A stretch of DNA of 40,897 nucleotides from a bacterium (GTDB lineage: Bacteria; Zhuqueibacterota; Zhuqueibacteria; Zhuqueibacterales; Zhuqueibacteraceae). The position numbers and the translations under genes are program-made. Position 1 is the first letter of the stretch. Each line of letters starts with the position of its first letter. Under the pieces are notes generated by a model that made no database searches, had not been told where the DNA came from, and saw only the letters and a list, made by a program, of their open reading frames with translations. This document shows, in pieces, positions 8,351 through 17,143 of this stretch. The stretch covers positions 1-40,897 of the forward strand of contig JBIOXB010000207.1 of NCBI GenBank assembly GCA_044869275.1. The letters run 5' to 3'.

Positions 8351-11300
8351 ATGAAGAAACCGCTGTTCATTTTGCTTGTCGCTGTGCTGTGGAGTGGGGA
8401 AGCTTCGGCCCAATTCTATTTTGGCCGGAACAAAGTGCACTATGACAAATTTGACTGGCAAATTCTCAAAACCGCGCATTTCGATATCTACTTCTATCCC
8501 GAGATGCGCGAGCTGGCCGAGATTGGCGCGACGTATGCGGAAAACGCCTACACGCGCTTGGAGAAGCTGACCAATTATAACATCAATCGCCGCATTCCAC
8601 TCATTTTCTACTCCAACCCCTTTCATTTCCAGCAAACCAATACCACGCCCTATCTCCTGCCCGATGGCGTCGGCGGCTTTTTCGAGTTTTTGAAAGGCCG
8701 AGTGGTAATACCCTCGGACGGCAGTTTGTCCAAGTTCGAACACGTCATTAATCACGAGATGGTGCACGTTTTTACCATTGGCCTGGCCAATCGCGTGCTG
8801 AAAGATCATCGCAAGACGAACTACTCCGGCCTGCCCTTATGGTTCACTGAGGGCATTGCAGAATACTGGTCGGAAGGTTGGGACACGGAAGCGGAGATGT
8901 TTCTGCGCGATGCGGTGCTCACGGGTTATGTGGTGCCCATCAGCGACATGTACCGCATCTACGGCACCTTTCTGATGTATAAGGAAGGCCAGGCCATCTG
9001 CAAATTCATCGCGGAGAACTTCGGCGAGGAAAAGCTGCTGCAACTCATCGAGAACGTCTGGAAAGCGGACAGTTTTTCCGAGGTCATGGCGCTGACGCTG
9101 GGAGTGGACTATCGCAAATTCGACAAACTGTGGCTTTATCATCTCAAGAAGAACAAATACCCGCTGCTGCAGGATCACGATGCGCCGGGCATGATCACCA
9201 CGCACGTCACCGACAAGGGCATCAGCACCAAGCCGACGTTTGCGGCGTATGAAAACGAGCGGCATCTCATTTTTGCTTCCAATCGCGTGGGCTACTCGAA
9301 CATCTATCGTCTGCCGTACAACAAAGAAGGCGCGGAAAAGGGTGATCTCGAAACATTGGTCAAAGGAGAGCGCAGCTCGAATTTCGAGGCCTTCAATTTA
9401 TTGCACGGCAAAATGGACGTCGATCGCAGCGGCAGGCTGGCGTTCGTGTCCAAAAGCAATGGCAGCGACGCACTCTACATTTATTCCCTGCCCCAGAAGC
9501 GCGTGCTCAGCCGGCATCAATTCAAAGACATTGTCGCGATGCGCTCACCCAGTTGGGCCCCGGACGGCAGCCACGTGGTGTTTTCCGCAAACAGTTTCAG
9601 CGGCCGGAGCGATCTTTACATTCTCGAACTGAACACCGCAAAGCTGGTGCAGGTGACGAACGATTTTTACGAAGACCGTGATCCGGCCTGGTCGCCGGAC
9701 GGACAAGTCATCGCTTTCGCCTCCGACCGCAGCGAGTTCGGCCGGAAAGGTGCGCATGACATTTTCTATTATCACGTGGCCACCGGCGATATCGAATACG
9801 CCACCTTCGATCCCGCGGACGATTATTCACCGGCATGGTCGCCCGACGGCAAGGCCCTGGCATTCGTCTCCGACCGCGATGAGGCTTTCAACATCTGGTT
9901 GATTCAAAGCCGGTCCGGCTTCACTCAAATTGCAGCACAAACGGGCGAGGACAGCGCCGCCACCAACGGCCATAGCGCGCCGGACCACGTTGCGGCCGGC
10001 ATGTCGAATGGCCTATCCTCGCATGGGACAGGCGCCGATCCGGCGATGCAAACTGCCGTCGCGTACGCGGGGCCGGCCGTCAATGGATACGCAAACGGGT
10101 ATGCCAACGGCGCAAGCCATCTTGGCAACGGAGCAGCAGCGCCCGCGCGGATTTATCCGCGCGCAGTGAACGGCGACAGCGAAGTGCGCAAACTGACCAG
10201 TTTCTTTACCGGCGCGTATGATCCGGAATGGACGGACGAAGGCAGCCTGCTGTTCACCGCATTCGAGGGATTCAGCTTCCAGATTCGCGAGCTGGAAAAC
10301 GTGCAGGGCCATTTTGAAAAATCGCAGGTGGTGGCAGTCGATACCATGCACATTCGCCATTCGCCCTGGAAAATCGCCAAACTGGAAGGCGAAGCCGCGC
10401 CGACGCAAGTGAACTACAACAAGAAATTTTCACTCGACATCGCACAAAGCGTGATCACGCAGGATCCGATTTTCGGCACTACCGGCGGCGCGCAATTGGC
10501 CATGTCCGACATGCTGGGGAACCAACAATACAATTTTTTAATCTACAACAACGCGCAAAGCAAGGATGAGCTTTGGGAAAGCTTCAACGTGGCCGTGAGC
10601 AAGACGGATTTGTCGCATCGCGTCAATCACAGCTTCGGCCTTTTTCATTTTGCCGGCCGCTACTACAATTATGCGGAAGGATATTATTACGAGCGCCGCT
10701 ATGGCGGATTCGCCGCGATCAGCTATCCGCTCAGCGTGTTCCGCCGCGTGGAAGCGAGCTTGAACATCCGGCAGTCTGATAAGTACCGGGATTTCGGCTT
10801 CAATACGTTGAGCGGCTTGCTGGTTTCCAATTTTGTCTCCTATGTGAAAGACAATTCCCTGTGGGGGCCGACCGGCCCGCTGGACGGCGAGCGCTTCAAT
10901 TTCACCCTGGGCAACACCATCGACGTGCGCGCTTCCAATATAAATTTCTACACCATCATTGCGGATTATCGCCGTTATTTCCGCACCAGCCTGCGCACCG
11001 CTTATGCCTTCCGCTTGACCACGCAATACAACCACGGCCGCGAAGGCTTTCGCTTTTTCATGGGAGGCAGTTGGGATTTGCGCCTGTATCCACGCTGGCA
11101 GGTTTGGGGTCAAAAAACCGTGCTGTGGAGCAATGAATTCCGGTTTCCGTTCATCGATCAATTCGCCGTGGCCTTCCCCTTCGGCGGCCTGGGCTTCCGC
11201 GCGATTCGCGGCGTGGTCTTTTTCGACATGGGCAATGCCTGGGACAAGCGCTTGACTTACATGTTGGGCAGCACCGGCCTGGGTCTGCGCATGAACCTGG

Positions 11301-11434
11301 GCGGGTTCCTGGTGCTGCGTTACGATTTCGGCCGCAGAATATTGTGGCGCGACCTGGATCGCGGCCTCGCTTTGAACCGATTCAAGATCTATCCCGATAT
11401 CCAGCATCAGTTTTTCTTTGGATGGGATTTTTGA
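8351..11434 (+). CDS. Omp85/BamA-superfamily protein with N-terminal zinc-peptidase-like domain and PD40 (TolB-like) beta-propeller
   Basis: Signal peptide then QFYFGRNKVHY; HEMVH...WFTEGIAEY; repeated PSWAPDG/PAWSPDG; barrel motifs GG...LR.Y, E.RFP, F.D.G.AW; C-terminal FFFGWDF. Confidence 0.85.
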   Translation: MKKPLFILLVAVLWSGEASAQFYFGRNKVHYDKFDWQILKTAHFDIYFYPEMRELAEIGATYAENAYTRLEKLTNYNINRRIPLIFYSNPFHFQQTNTTPYLLPDGVGGFFEFLKGRVVIPSDGSLSKFEHVINHEMVHVFTIGLANRVLKDHRKTNYSGLPLWFTEGIAEYWSEGWDTEAEMFLRDAVLTGYVVPISDMYRIYGTFLMYKEGQAICKFIAENFGEEKLLQLIENVWKADSFSEVMALTLGVDYRKFDKLWLYHLKKNKYPLLQDHDAPGMITTHVTDKGISTKPTFAAYENERHLIFASNRVGYSNIYRLPYNKEGAEKGDLETLVKGERSSNFEAFNLLHGKMDVDRSGRLAFVSKSNGSDALYIYSLPQKRVLSRHQFKDIVAMRSPSWAPDGSHVVFSANSFSGRSDLYILELNTAKLVQVTNDFYEDRDPAWSPDGQVIAFASDRSEFGRKGAHDIFYYHVATGDIEYATFDPADDYSPAWSPDGKALAFVSDRDEAFNIWLIQSRSGFTQIAAQTGEDSAATNGHSAPDHVAAGMSNGLSSHGTGADPAMQTAVAYAGPAVNGYANGYANGASHLGNGAAAPARIYPRAVNGDSEVRKLTSFFTGAYDPEWTDEGSLLFTAFEGFSFQIRELENVQGHFEKSQVVAVDTMHIRHSPWKIAKLEGEAAPTQVNYNKKFSLDIAQSVITQDPIFGTTGGAQLAMSDMLGNQQYNFLIYNNAQSKDELWESFNVAVSKTDLSHRVNHSFGLFHFAGRYYNYAEGYYYERRYGGFAAISYPLSVFRRVEASLNIRQSDKYRDFGFNTLSGLLVSNFVSYVKDNSLWGPTGPLDGERFNFTLGNTIDVRASNINFYTIIADYRRYFRTSLRTAYAFRLTTQYNHGREGFRFFMGGSWDLRLYPRWQVWGQKTVLWSNEFRFPFIDQFAVAFPFGGLGFRAIRGVVFFDMGNAWDKRLTYMLGSTGLGLRMNLGGFLVLRYDFGRRILWRDLDRGLALNRFKIYPDIQHQFFFGWDF

Positions 11435-11464
11435 CGCAAAGACAGGAGCAGGAAGCAAGTTGCC

Positions 11465-12622
11465 ATGAAAAAAATCCTGGTGTGGTTTTTGTTTGCTTTT
11501 GGCGGTTTGCCGCTTTGCACGGGTTGTGGGCGCGGAGTGGTCAAATCCCTGCAGGGCAGCGACGTCGCCGGTGAAAACTGGCTGCTCGCCGGTGCCAATC
11601 GTGGCCGCACTTCTCATATTGAAAGCCAAGTGCCGCTGCCGTTGCAGGAAATCGCCCACTTCAAGCTTTCTTCCGCGCCTGCTCAAAACCTGTTCATCCG
11701 TAACGGCATTTTATTCGCGCCAACGCTGGACGGCCGGTTGTTCGTCATCGATCTCACGGAGAAAAAAATCCTGAGCAAGAAAAAATTGCCGGGCGGAAAT
11801 GCCGCCACCTTGGCGCTGGGAGCCGAAGCGCTGATCGTGGCTTCACGCTACGGAAAAGAGACTTTATTTTGTCACGATCTGATCAAAACACGGCAAATCT
11901 GGGAGGTCGATGCGGGCGATATTGCGGGAGAGCCGCTGCTGGCAGATACGGTGGTTTATGTTGCCGCCGTTTTCAGCCACGTCGATGCTTATCGCGTGTC
12001 CGATGGCAAGCGGCTTTGGCGCTTTGATACCGAGGGCCAGCTTCATGCCTCGCCGGTGCTGAAGGAAAACCTGTTGGTCGTTGCCACGAACAAAGGTAAA
12101 ATCTATGCGCTCAACGCGAATGATGGAAAAAAAATCTGGGAAAAAGACCTGCAGCAGCCGGTGCTGGCCTCGCCCGTGATCCGCGACCGGCATATTTATC
12201 TGGGGACCTCGCGTGACTTGCTGGCGGCGCTCGATTTAAAAACCGGCGCCGAGCTGTGGCGGCGAAAACTTCCGGGCCGGTTGTTTTACGCGCCTGCCGT
12301 CAACGCCACTCTCGTACTCGCGGGCGCGAGCGACGGCGTGGTTTATGCTTTCGATCGTGCCAGCGGCAGGCCGAAATGGTCTTCACGCGCACTCAGCGTC
12401 ATCGGCACCTCGCCTCTGATCGCCGGCAATGAAGTTTTTTTCGGCGCGTTGGATCATCACGTGTATTGCCTCGATATCGCCGATGGCGAAGTCAAATGGC
12501 GGCAGGAATTGCGCGGCCGCGTGCGCACAAATCCGGTGGTGTGGAACAAACAGTTGATCATTGCGAGCGAAGACCATGATCTCTACCTCTTCGGCCCGCC
12601 GGAAAATTTAGGGACGAATTGA
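11465..12622 (+). CDS. PQQ-like beta-propeller repeat protein (BamB-like), probable lipoprotein
   Basis: Repeated A.D..(T/D)G...W motifs; hydrophobic N-terminus with a lipobox-like Cys (LCTGC). Confidence 0.85.
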   Translation: MKKILVWFLFAFGGLPLCTGCGRGVVKSLQGSDVAGENWLLAGANRGRTSHIESQVPLPLQEIAHFKLSSAPAQNLFIRNGILFAPTLDGRLFVIDLTEKKILSKKKLPGGNAATLALGAEALIVASRYGKETLFCHDLIKTRQIWEVDAGDIAGEPLLADTVVYVAAVFSHVDAYRVSDGKRLWRFDTEGQLHASPVLKENLLVVATNKGKIYALNANDGKKIWEKDLQQPVLASPVIRDRHIYLGTSRDLLAALDLKTGAELWRRKLPGRLFYAPAVNATLVLAGASDGVVYAFDRASGRPKWSSRALSVIGTSPLIAGNEVFFGALDHHVYCLDIADGEVKWRQELRGRVRTNPVVWNKQLIIASEDHDLYLFGPPENLGTN

Positions 12623-12625
12623 ATC

Positions 12626-13471
12626 ATGTCAGCAGGAATGCAAAACAAACTTTCGAGGAGCATGCTGAGCGTTGCCCTGCTCTTTGCGGGCGTCACCACG
12701 GCGGGAGCGCAAGCACCGACCGCGGATAGCGCGCAGGCATGGGTCAATATCATTTCGCGCCATATGGGTTTGCCGGTCTTCGTAGATGGACGCCAAGCCG
12801 GGCACACTCCTCTGCGAAACTTTGCCCTGCCGGCCGGCGAGCATGTTTTCGGCGTGCGCCAAAGCCTTTCCGCAAGCTGGCTGGAATCGGATTGGCAGGA
12901 AGAGGTAAACCTGGCGGCCGGCGACACGCTTACCTTGACGCCAAAATTTCGAATCGGCTACACCCTCACTTCCGCGCCCTCCGGCGCGCAGGTCTGGATA
13001 GAGGGCCAAAGCTTGGGCACCACGCCCTTCGTGCTGCGCCTTCCGGATTTCGCGAGCGTGCGCCTGACCCTCACGCTGGATAACTATGAATCCGCACGTT
13101 TCGAAATCGATCCGGATAGCCTTTCTGCGCAGGAAAAGTCGAGGCGGCAGTTTCACTTTGCTCTCATACCCAAATCTGCCCCGCTCGTTTTCAAGGATAA
13201 GGACAGCGACCTCGACGCCGCGCATGGGCGGCATCGCAAATGGGGATTCATCGCGGCCGGCGTCAGCCTGGCCGCCGGCATCGGCGCCGTGTGGTGCAAA
13301 CAGGAAGCAGACGAGGCATATGCCGCTTATCTGGTGACCGGCGAACCGGCGGCACGCGAGCAGCATTACGATCGCGCCGTAAAGTACGATCGCTATTTCG
13401 GCGCCGCTTTCGGTGTTTCCCAGGTGAGCTTTGTGTTCTCGGTTTATAGTTTTATCAAGGCAATGCGTTAG
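12626..13471 (+). CDS. PEGA domain protein with C-terminal hydrophobic segments
   Basis: Signal peptide; V.VDG...G.TPL and TSAPSGAQVWIEG..LGTTP PEGA repeats; 3 nt after the previous stop. Confidence 0.8.
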   Translation: MSAGMQNKLSRSMLSVALLFAGVTTAGAQAPTADSAQAWVNIISRHMGLPVFVDGRQAGHTPLRNFALPAGEHVFGVRQSLSASWLESDWQEEVNLAAGDTLTLTPKFRIGYTLTSAPSGAQVWIEGQSLGTTPFVLRLPDFASVRLTLTLDNYESARFEIDPDSLSAQEKSRRQFHFALIPKSAPLVFKDKDSDLDAAHGRHRKWGFIAAGVSLAAGIGAVWCKQEADEAYAAYLVTGEPAAREQHYDRAVKYDRYFGAAFGVSQVSFVFSVYSFIKAMR

Positions 13472-13670
13472 CAGGTGCGAAAAAAGCCTCGCTTTCCATT
13501 TGCATTTGCGTGCACGGGGAAAATTCACTTCCTTCCTGAGTCTGCTGCGGCAGAATCTCCACCACGGCGCGATCATACCATTCCCCTCTTTCCTGGCCTC
13601 GGCGGAGTCACTGCCAGAGATCATTCCCGAGGCGCTCATGTGCGGAAACAATGCCGCGCCATCAATTGCA

Positions 13671-13698
13671 TTGACATTCGGGGATTTTCTGCTACATT
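13671..13698 (+). promoter_or_regulatory. Putative sigma70-type promoter for amrB-amrA
   Basis: TTGACA-16 nt-TACATT with TGn extended -10; same 16-nt spacing as the 22782-22809 and 27801-27828 candidates. Confidence 0.55.
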
Positions 13699-13806
13699 TA
13701 TCCAGCAGCATTCCCTTGAGCGGTCAAGTCGCCGCCCGCGCCTTTGTCTGCACAGCAAACGTCAGGCGGCGCCGGGTTGTTGCGAGCCATGCCGGAGGTT
13801 TGCGCC

Positions 13807-14685
13807 ATGGATTCCCGCGTAGTTTTCGAGGAAGCGATCCCACCCGAGGCGGTTCGGTTTCCCACCGTCGCAGGAAGATTTTATCCCGCCGATCCACAGC
13901 TTCTGCAACAGGAAATAGAAGAGCTTCTGCAACTCGCGCCAGCACCTCGTGTGTGCGGTCGTTTGGCAGCTCTTATCACGCCGCATGCCGGCTATCCCTA
14001 TTCCGGCGGCGTAGCCGCGCACGCCTATAAGCTTCTGACGAACTCGGAGACGAGGACGGTCGTCGTGATCGCGCCGAGCCATTTTGAGAGATTTCCATTC
14101 CTCTCGGTCTTCACGGGCAAATGCTACCGTACTCCGCTGGGTGATTTGCCCATTGACCAATCGTTCACCGCAAAGTTACTCGCCGGAGACCCCCGGCTTG
14201 CCGCTGCCTGGAACGGCCATCGTGATCGCGGCGGCCGTACCGAACACGCTCTCGAAGTCCAGCTTCCATTTTTGCAAATGGCGTTGCCGGATTGCGCCAT
14301 CGTGCCCGTGGTCATGGGCCAGCAGAGTTGGGAATTGTGTGAAACGCTGGGCCATCGTTTGGCGGAGCTGGCCGAGACCTCCTCTTTTGTCATACTCGCC
14401 AGCTCGGATTTGTCCCATTATCATCCCCACGAAGAAGCGGTGCAGCTCGACCAGCATTTCATGGCACTGCTCGCGGCGCAAAATCCTCGCACGCTTTACG
14501 AAGCCGTGCAGCGGCGCGATTGCGAAGCCTGTGGTGCCGGGCCGGTCATTGCCGCGATGATCGCCGCGCAGCAACTGCATGCCGCTCAAGTTGACCTGCT
14601 GAGTTACAAGACCTCCGGCGAAGCGAGCGGCGATTTTTCGCGGGTGGTGGGTTATTTGGCGGCGAGCATTTCGCTGGCCGCATAA
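13807..14685 (+). CDS. amrB: AmmeMemoRadiSam system protein B (MEMO1 family)
   Basis: R.P.VAG.FYP, PHAGY.YSG, EHALEVQLPFLQ, SSDLSHY, EACG.GP and VVGY motifs; GGAGG RBS before ATG 13807. Confidence 0.92.
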   Translation: MDSRVVFEEAIPPEAVRFPTVAGRFYPADPQLLQQEIEELLQLAPAPRVCGRLAALITPHAGYPYSGGVAAHAYKLLTNSETRTVVVIAPSHFERFPFLSVFTGKCYRTPLGDLPIDQSFTAKLLAGDPRLAAAWNGHRDRGGRTEHALEVQLPFLQMALPDCAIVPVVMGQQSWELCETLGHRLAELAETSSFVILASSDLSHYHPHEEAVQLDQHFMALLAAQNPRTLYEAVQRRDCEACGAGPVIAAMIAAQQLHAAQVDLLSYKTSGEASGDFSRVVGYLAASISLAA

Positions 14686-14699
14686 AGAAAAACCGCACC

Positions 14700-15254
14700 A
14701 TGTTGCACGCCGAACAGAAAAAATTCCTGCTCGGCCTCGCGCGCGAGGCCATCGCGGCGCATTGGTCGGACGCCGCGCCGTCCGAAGGCGTGACTGAAAA
14801 AAGTGAGACGGCGGAGCCTTCTTATCAGGGCGTGTTCGTGAGCCTGCTTCTGCACGATCGACTGCGAGGTTGTGTCGGTTCGCTCAAGACGGTTGCGAAC
14901 CTTCGGGAAACCATCGCGCATGCTGCGCAAGCGGCGGCGTTTCAGGATCCGCGCTTTCCGCCGCTGCCGCAGGACGAATTAGATGAAGTGCAGATCGAAA
15001 TCTCTTTGCTGCATCCTTTGCAGATTTTGCAATCGCCGGAAGAGATCGAGATCGGTGAAGACGGGGTGATGATCCGTCTGGGGGAGAAGCATGGCCTGCT
15101 CCTGCCGCAGGTGGCCAGCAAGCGTCATTGGGAAGGGCACACATTCTTGCAGCATGTGTGTCGCAAAGCCGACTTGCCGCCGGACGCCTGGCAAAATCCG
15201 CAGGCCGAGTTGTTTCGCTTTCGTGCGGAGATTTTTTCGGACGCAGAGACTTAG
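14700..15254 (+). CDS. amrA: AmmeMemoRadiSam system protein A (AMMECR1 family)
   Basis: LRGCVG, AAFQDPRFPPL, EISLL, GLLLPQVA and KA.LP..AW motifs. Confidence 0.92.
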   Translation: MLHAEQKKFLLGLAREAIAAHWSDAAPSEGVTEKSETAEPSYQGVFVSLLLHDRLRGCVGSLKTVANLRETIAHAAQAAAFQDPRFPPLPQDELDEVQIEISLLHPLQILQSPEEIEIGEDGVMIRLGEKHGLLLPQVASKRHWEGHTFLQHVCRKADLPPDAWQNPQAELFRFRAEIFSDAET

Positions 15255-15388
15255 CAGGAAGCTGAAAAAATCTGAAACTGCTTCGTTTTGTCATTCTCGT
15301 GCAAGCGGGAATCCATGACTTTATTGAATCTCTTGGATGCCCGCCTTCGCGGGCATGAGATCAAAAAGTGTTTTTCAGCATCGTGCGA
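15252..15388. mobile_element. MITE-like element with 18-bp terminal inverted repeats and an internal REP-like pair
   Basis: Left tagcaggaagctgaaaaa and right tttttcagcatcgtgcga match 15/18; internal gtcattctcgtgcaagcgggaatcca ... tggatgcccgccttcgcgggcatga. Confidence 0.7.
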
Positions 15389-15530
15389 GAGGAAAAAACT
15401 CTACTCCCCCGGCGCGGCGCAAGGGCCGCCGGGCATACGCAAAAGCCATTCGATCACGTTATCCATCAGCGCGCAACGGATTCCATCATCCGTTTGATCT
15501 GTTCAATCCGCTTACATTAGCAAAAACCTC

Positions 15531-16817
15531 ATGCTACTCTCCCAACGCACGCGCGACGATTGGCAAAAATTCGAAGCGCAATGGCTGGCGGATTTTGCCT
15601 GTCCCAGCGCGCGCGCCAATGCGGCACGGCTGCACAGTGAAATTGAACATCCCTATCGCACCGCCTTTCAGCGCGATCGTGATCGCCTGGTGCATGCGCG
15701 CGCCTTTCGCCGGCTGAAGCACAAACGCCAGGTTTTTTTGATCACCGAAGGCGATCACTTCCGCACGCGACTGACGCACACACTCGAAGTGGCGCAAATT
15801 TCCCGCACCATCGGCCGCGCGCTCGGCCTGAACGAGGATTTGTTGGAAGCGATCGCGCTCGGCCACGATCTCGGCCATACGCCCTTTGGCCATCTCGGCG
15901 AAGAAGTTTTGGATGAAATTCTGCAAGGGCGCGATACGCTCTCAGGCGCGCTCTCTGGCGAAGCGCTCGGCGGTTTCAAGCACAATTATCAGTCGCTGCG
16001 CATCGTTGACGAGCTCGAGCAAAAATATGAATATCCCGGTCTGAATTTGACCGCGCCCGTGCGTGAAGGCATGCTGAAACACACGCGGCTCAAACGCGGC
16101 CAGATTCATTATCCCGATCTGAAAACCGAGGGTTTGTTTTTCGAGCTGGATGACGCCATCACTTTGGAAGGACAGGTCGTGGCCCTGTCCGACGAAATCG
16201 CGCAACGCACGCACGATTTCGAGGACGGCCTGCGCGCGGAACTGGTTTCACCGGAAGAAATCCGCACGCTCGAAATCGTGCGGCAAATCGAGCAGGAGGC
16301 CGGGCTGCAAAAACTGTTATCGCAGAATCGCTATGTGTATTGCAACCGTCTGGTGAACGGCTTGATCAATTTGCTGGCCAGCGATCTCATTCAACAAACG
16401 CTGGCCAATACCGCGCGCTTCATCGAAGAAAAAAAACGCTCCCGCCATTTTGATGAGGAGATCGTGCGTTTCAGCGCGCAGGTCGATCCTTTGCAAAACC
16501 AGCTCAACAAGTTCATCTATCAAAGAATCATTTTCGCGCCGGAAAACCGCGGTTCGGATGAGGATGCCGTGCAAGTGCTGCGCAGCCTGTTCCGCGCGTA
16601 TTATGAGGATGCCACGCTCTGGCCGGCCAACACGCATTTTTTCATTCAGGAACAGGCGAGAAACAACGATCACGAGCACGCGCGCTGCATCGCCGACTTC
16701 ATTGCTGGCATGACCGATCATTTTTCCTTGAATGAATTCGAGCGCCTGCAGCGCCGCGGCCTGAAATTGCCCCCGGTGAATTTGTCCGCCTTGCGCGCGC
16801 CGCGGGTGAAGCGTTGA
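15531..16817 (+). CDS. dgt: dGTP triphosphohydrolase-like HD-domain protein
   Basis: R..FQRDRDR, AFRRLKHK.QVF, RTRLTHTLEV, HDLGHTPFGH.GE, F.HN.QSLR and DFIAGMTD motifs. Confidence 0.92.
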   Translation: MLLSQRTRDDWQKFEAQWLADFACPSARANAARLHSEIEHPYRTAFQRDRDRLVHARAFRRLKHKRQVFLITEGDHFRTRLTHTLEVAQISRTIGRALGLNEDLLEAIALGHDLGHTPFGHLGEEVLDEILQGRDTLSGALSGEALGGFKHNYQSLRIVDELEQKYEYPGLNLTAPVREGMLKHTRLKRGQIHYPDLKTEGLFFELDDAITLEGQVVALSDEIAQRTHDFEDGLRAELVSPEEIRTLEIVRQIEQEAGLQKLLSQNRYVYCNRLVNGLINLLASDLIQQTLANTARFIEEKKRSRHFDEEIVRFSAQVDPLQNQLNKFIYQRIIFAPENRGSDEDAVQVLRSLFRAYYEDATLWPANTHFFIQEQARNNDHEHARCIADFIAGMTDHFSLNEFERLQRRGLKLPPVNLSALRAPRVKR

Positions 16818-16819
16818 TT

Positions 16820-16875
16820 GATCGTGGATGGAGGATGGTGGATGGAGGATCGTGGATCGAGGATAGTGGATAGTA
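16820..16875. repeat. Tandem 7-nt repeat (GATvGwG x8)
   Basis: gatcgtg gatggag gatggtg gatggag gatcgtg gatcgag gatagtg gatagta, directly after the dgt stop. Confidence 0.85.
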
Positions 16876-16908
16876 AGGATCGCCGTTTGAATAACTTGCC
16901 TGTTTTTG

Positions 16909-16979
16909 AAACCGCTAATTAACGCGAATGTGCGCTAATAGGTTCTCACTTCGCGACTATTAGCGTCCATTCGCGGTTT
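16909..16979. repeat. 10-nt-period imperfect inverted repeat
   Basis: aaaccgctaat taacgcgaat gtgcgctaat ... ttcgcgact attagcgtcc attcgcggttt. Confidence 0.75.
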
Positions 16980-17024
16980 GAGAAGCTGTGCCTTTATCAT
17001 TTGCAAAGCTACGATAGCACTAAA

Positions 17025-17062
17025 ATCCGCGAAAATCGGTATTATCCGTGTCATCCGTGGTC
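17025..17062. repeat. 9-nt-period intergenic repeat
   Basis: atccgcgaaa atcggtatt atccgtgtc atccgtggtc. Confidence 0.7.
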
Positions 17063-17143
17063 AAAGGAGTACAATAAAGCTGGTTCTGAAAAATCGCTGA
17101 TCTTTCGGAAGAGGAACAAGCACCCAAACACACAGGTTGAAAA

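Noticed and set aside
15531..16817. dGTPase as an antiphage effector
   Set aside because: Looks like the ordinary housekeeping dgt in a non-defence neighbourhood; nothing in the sequence supports a defence role
16820..17062. CRISPR array
   Set aside because: Units are 7-10 nt with no unique spacers, and no cas genes are in the window
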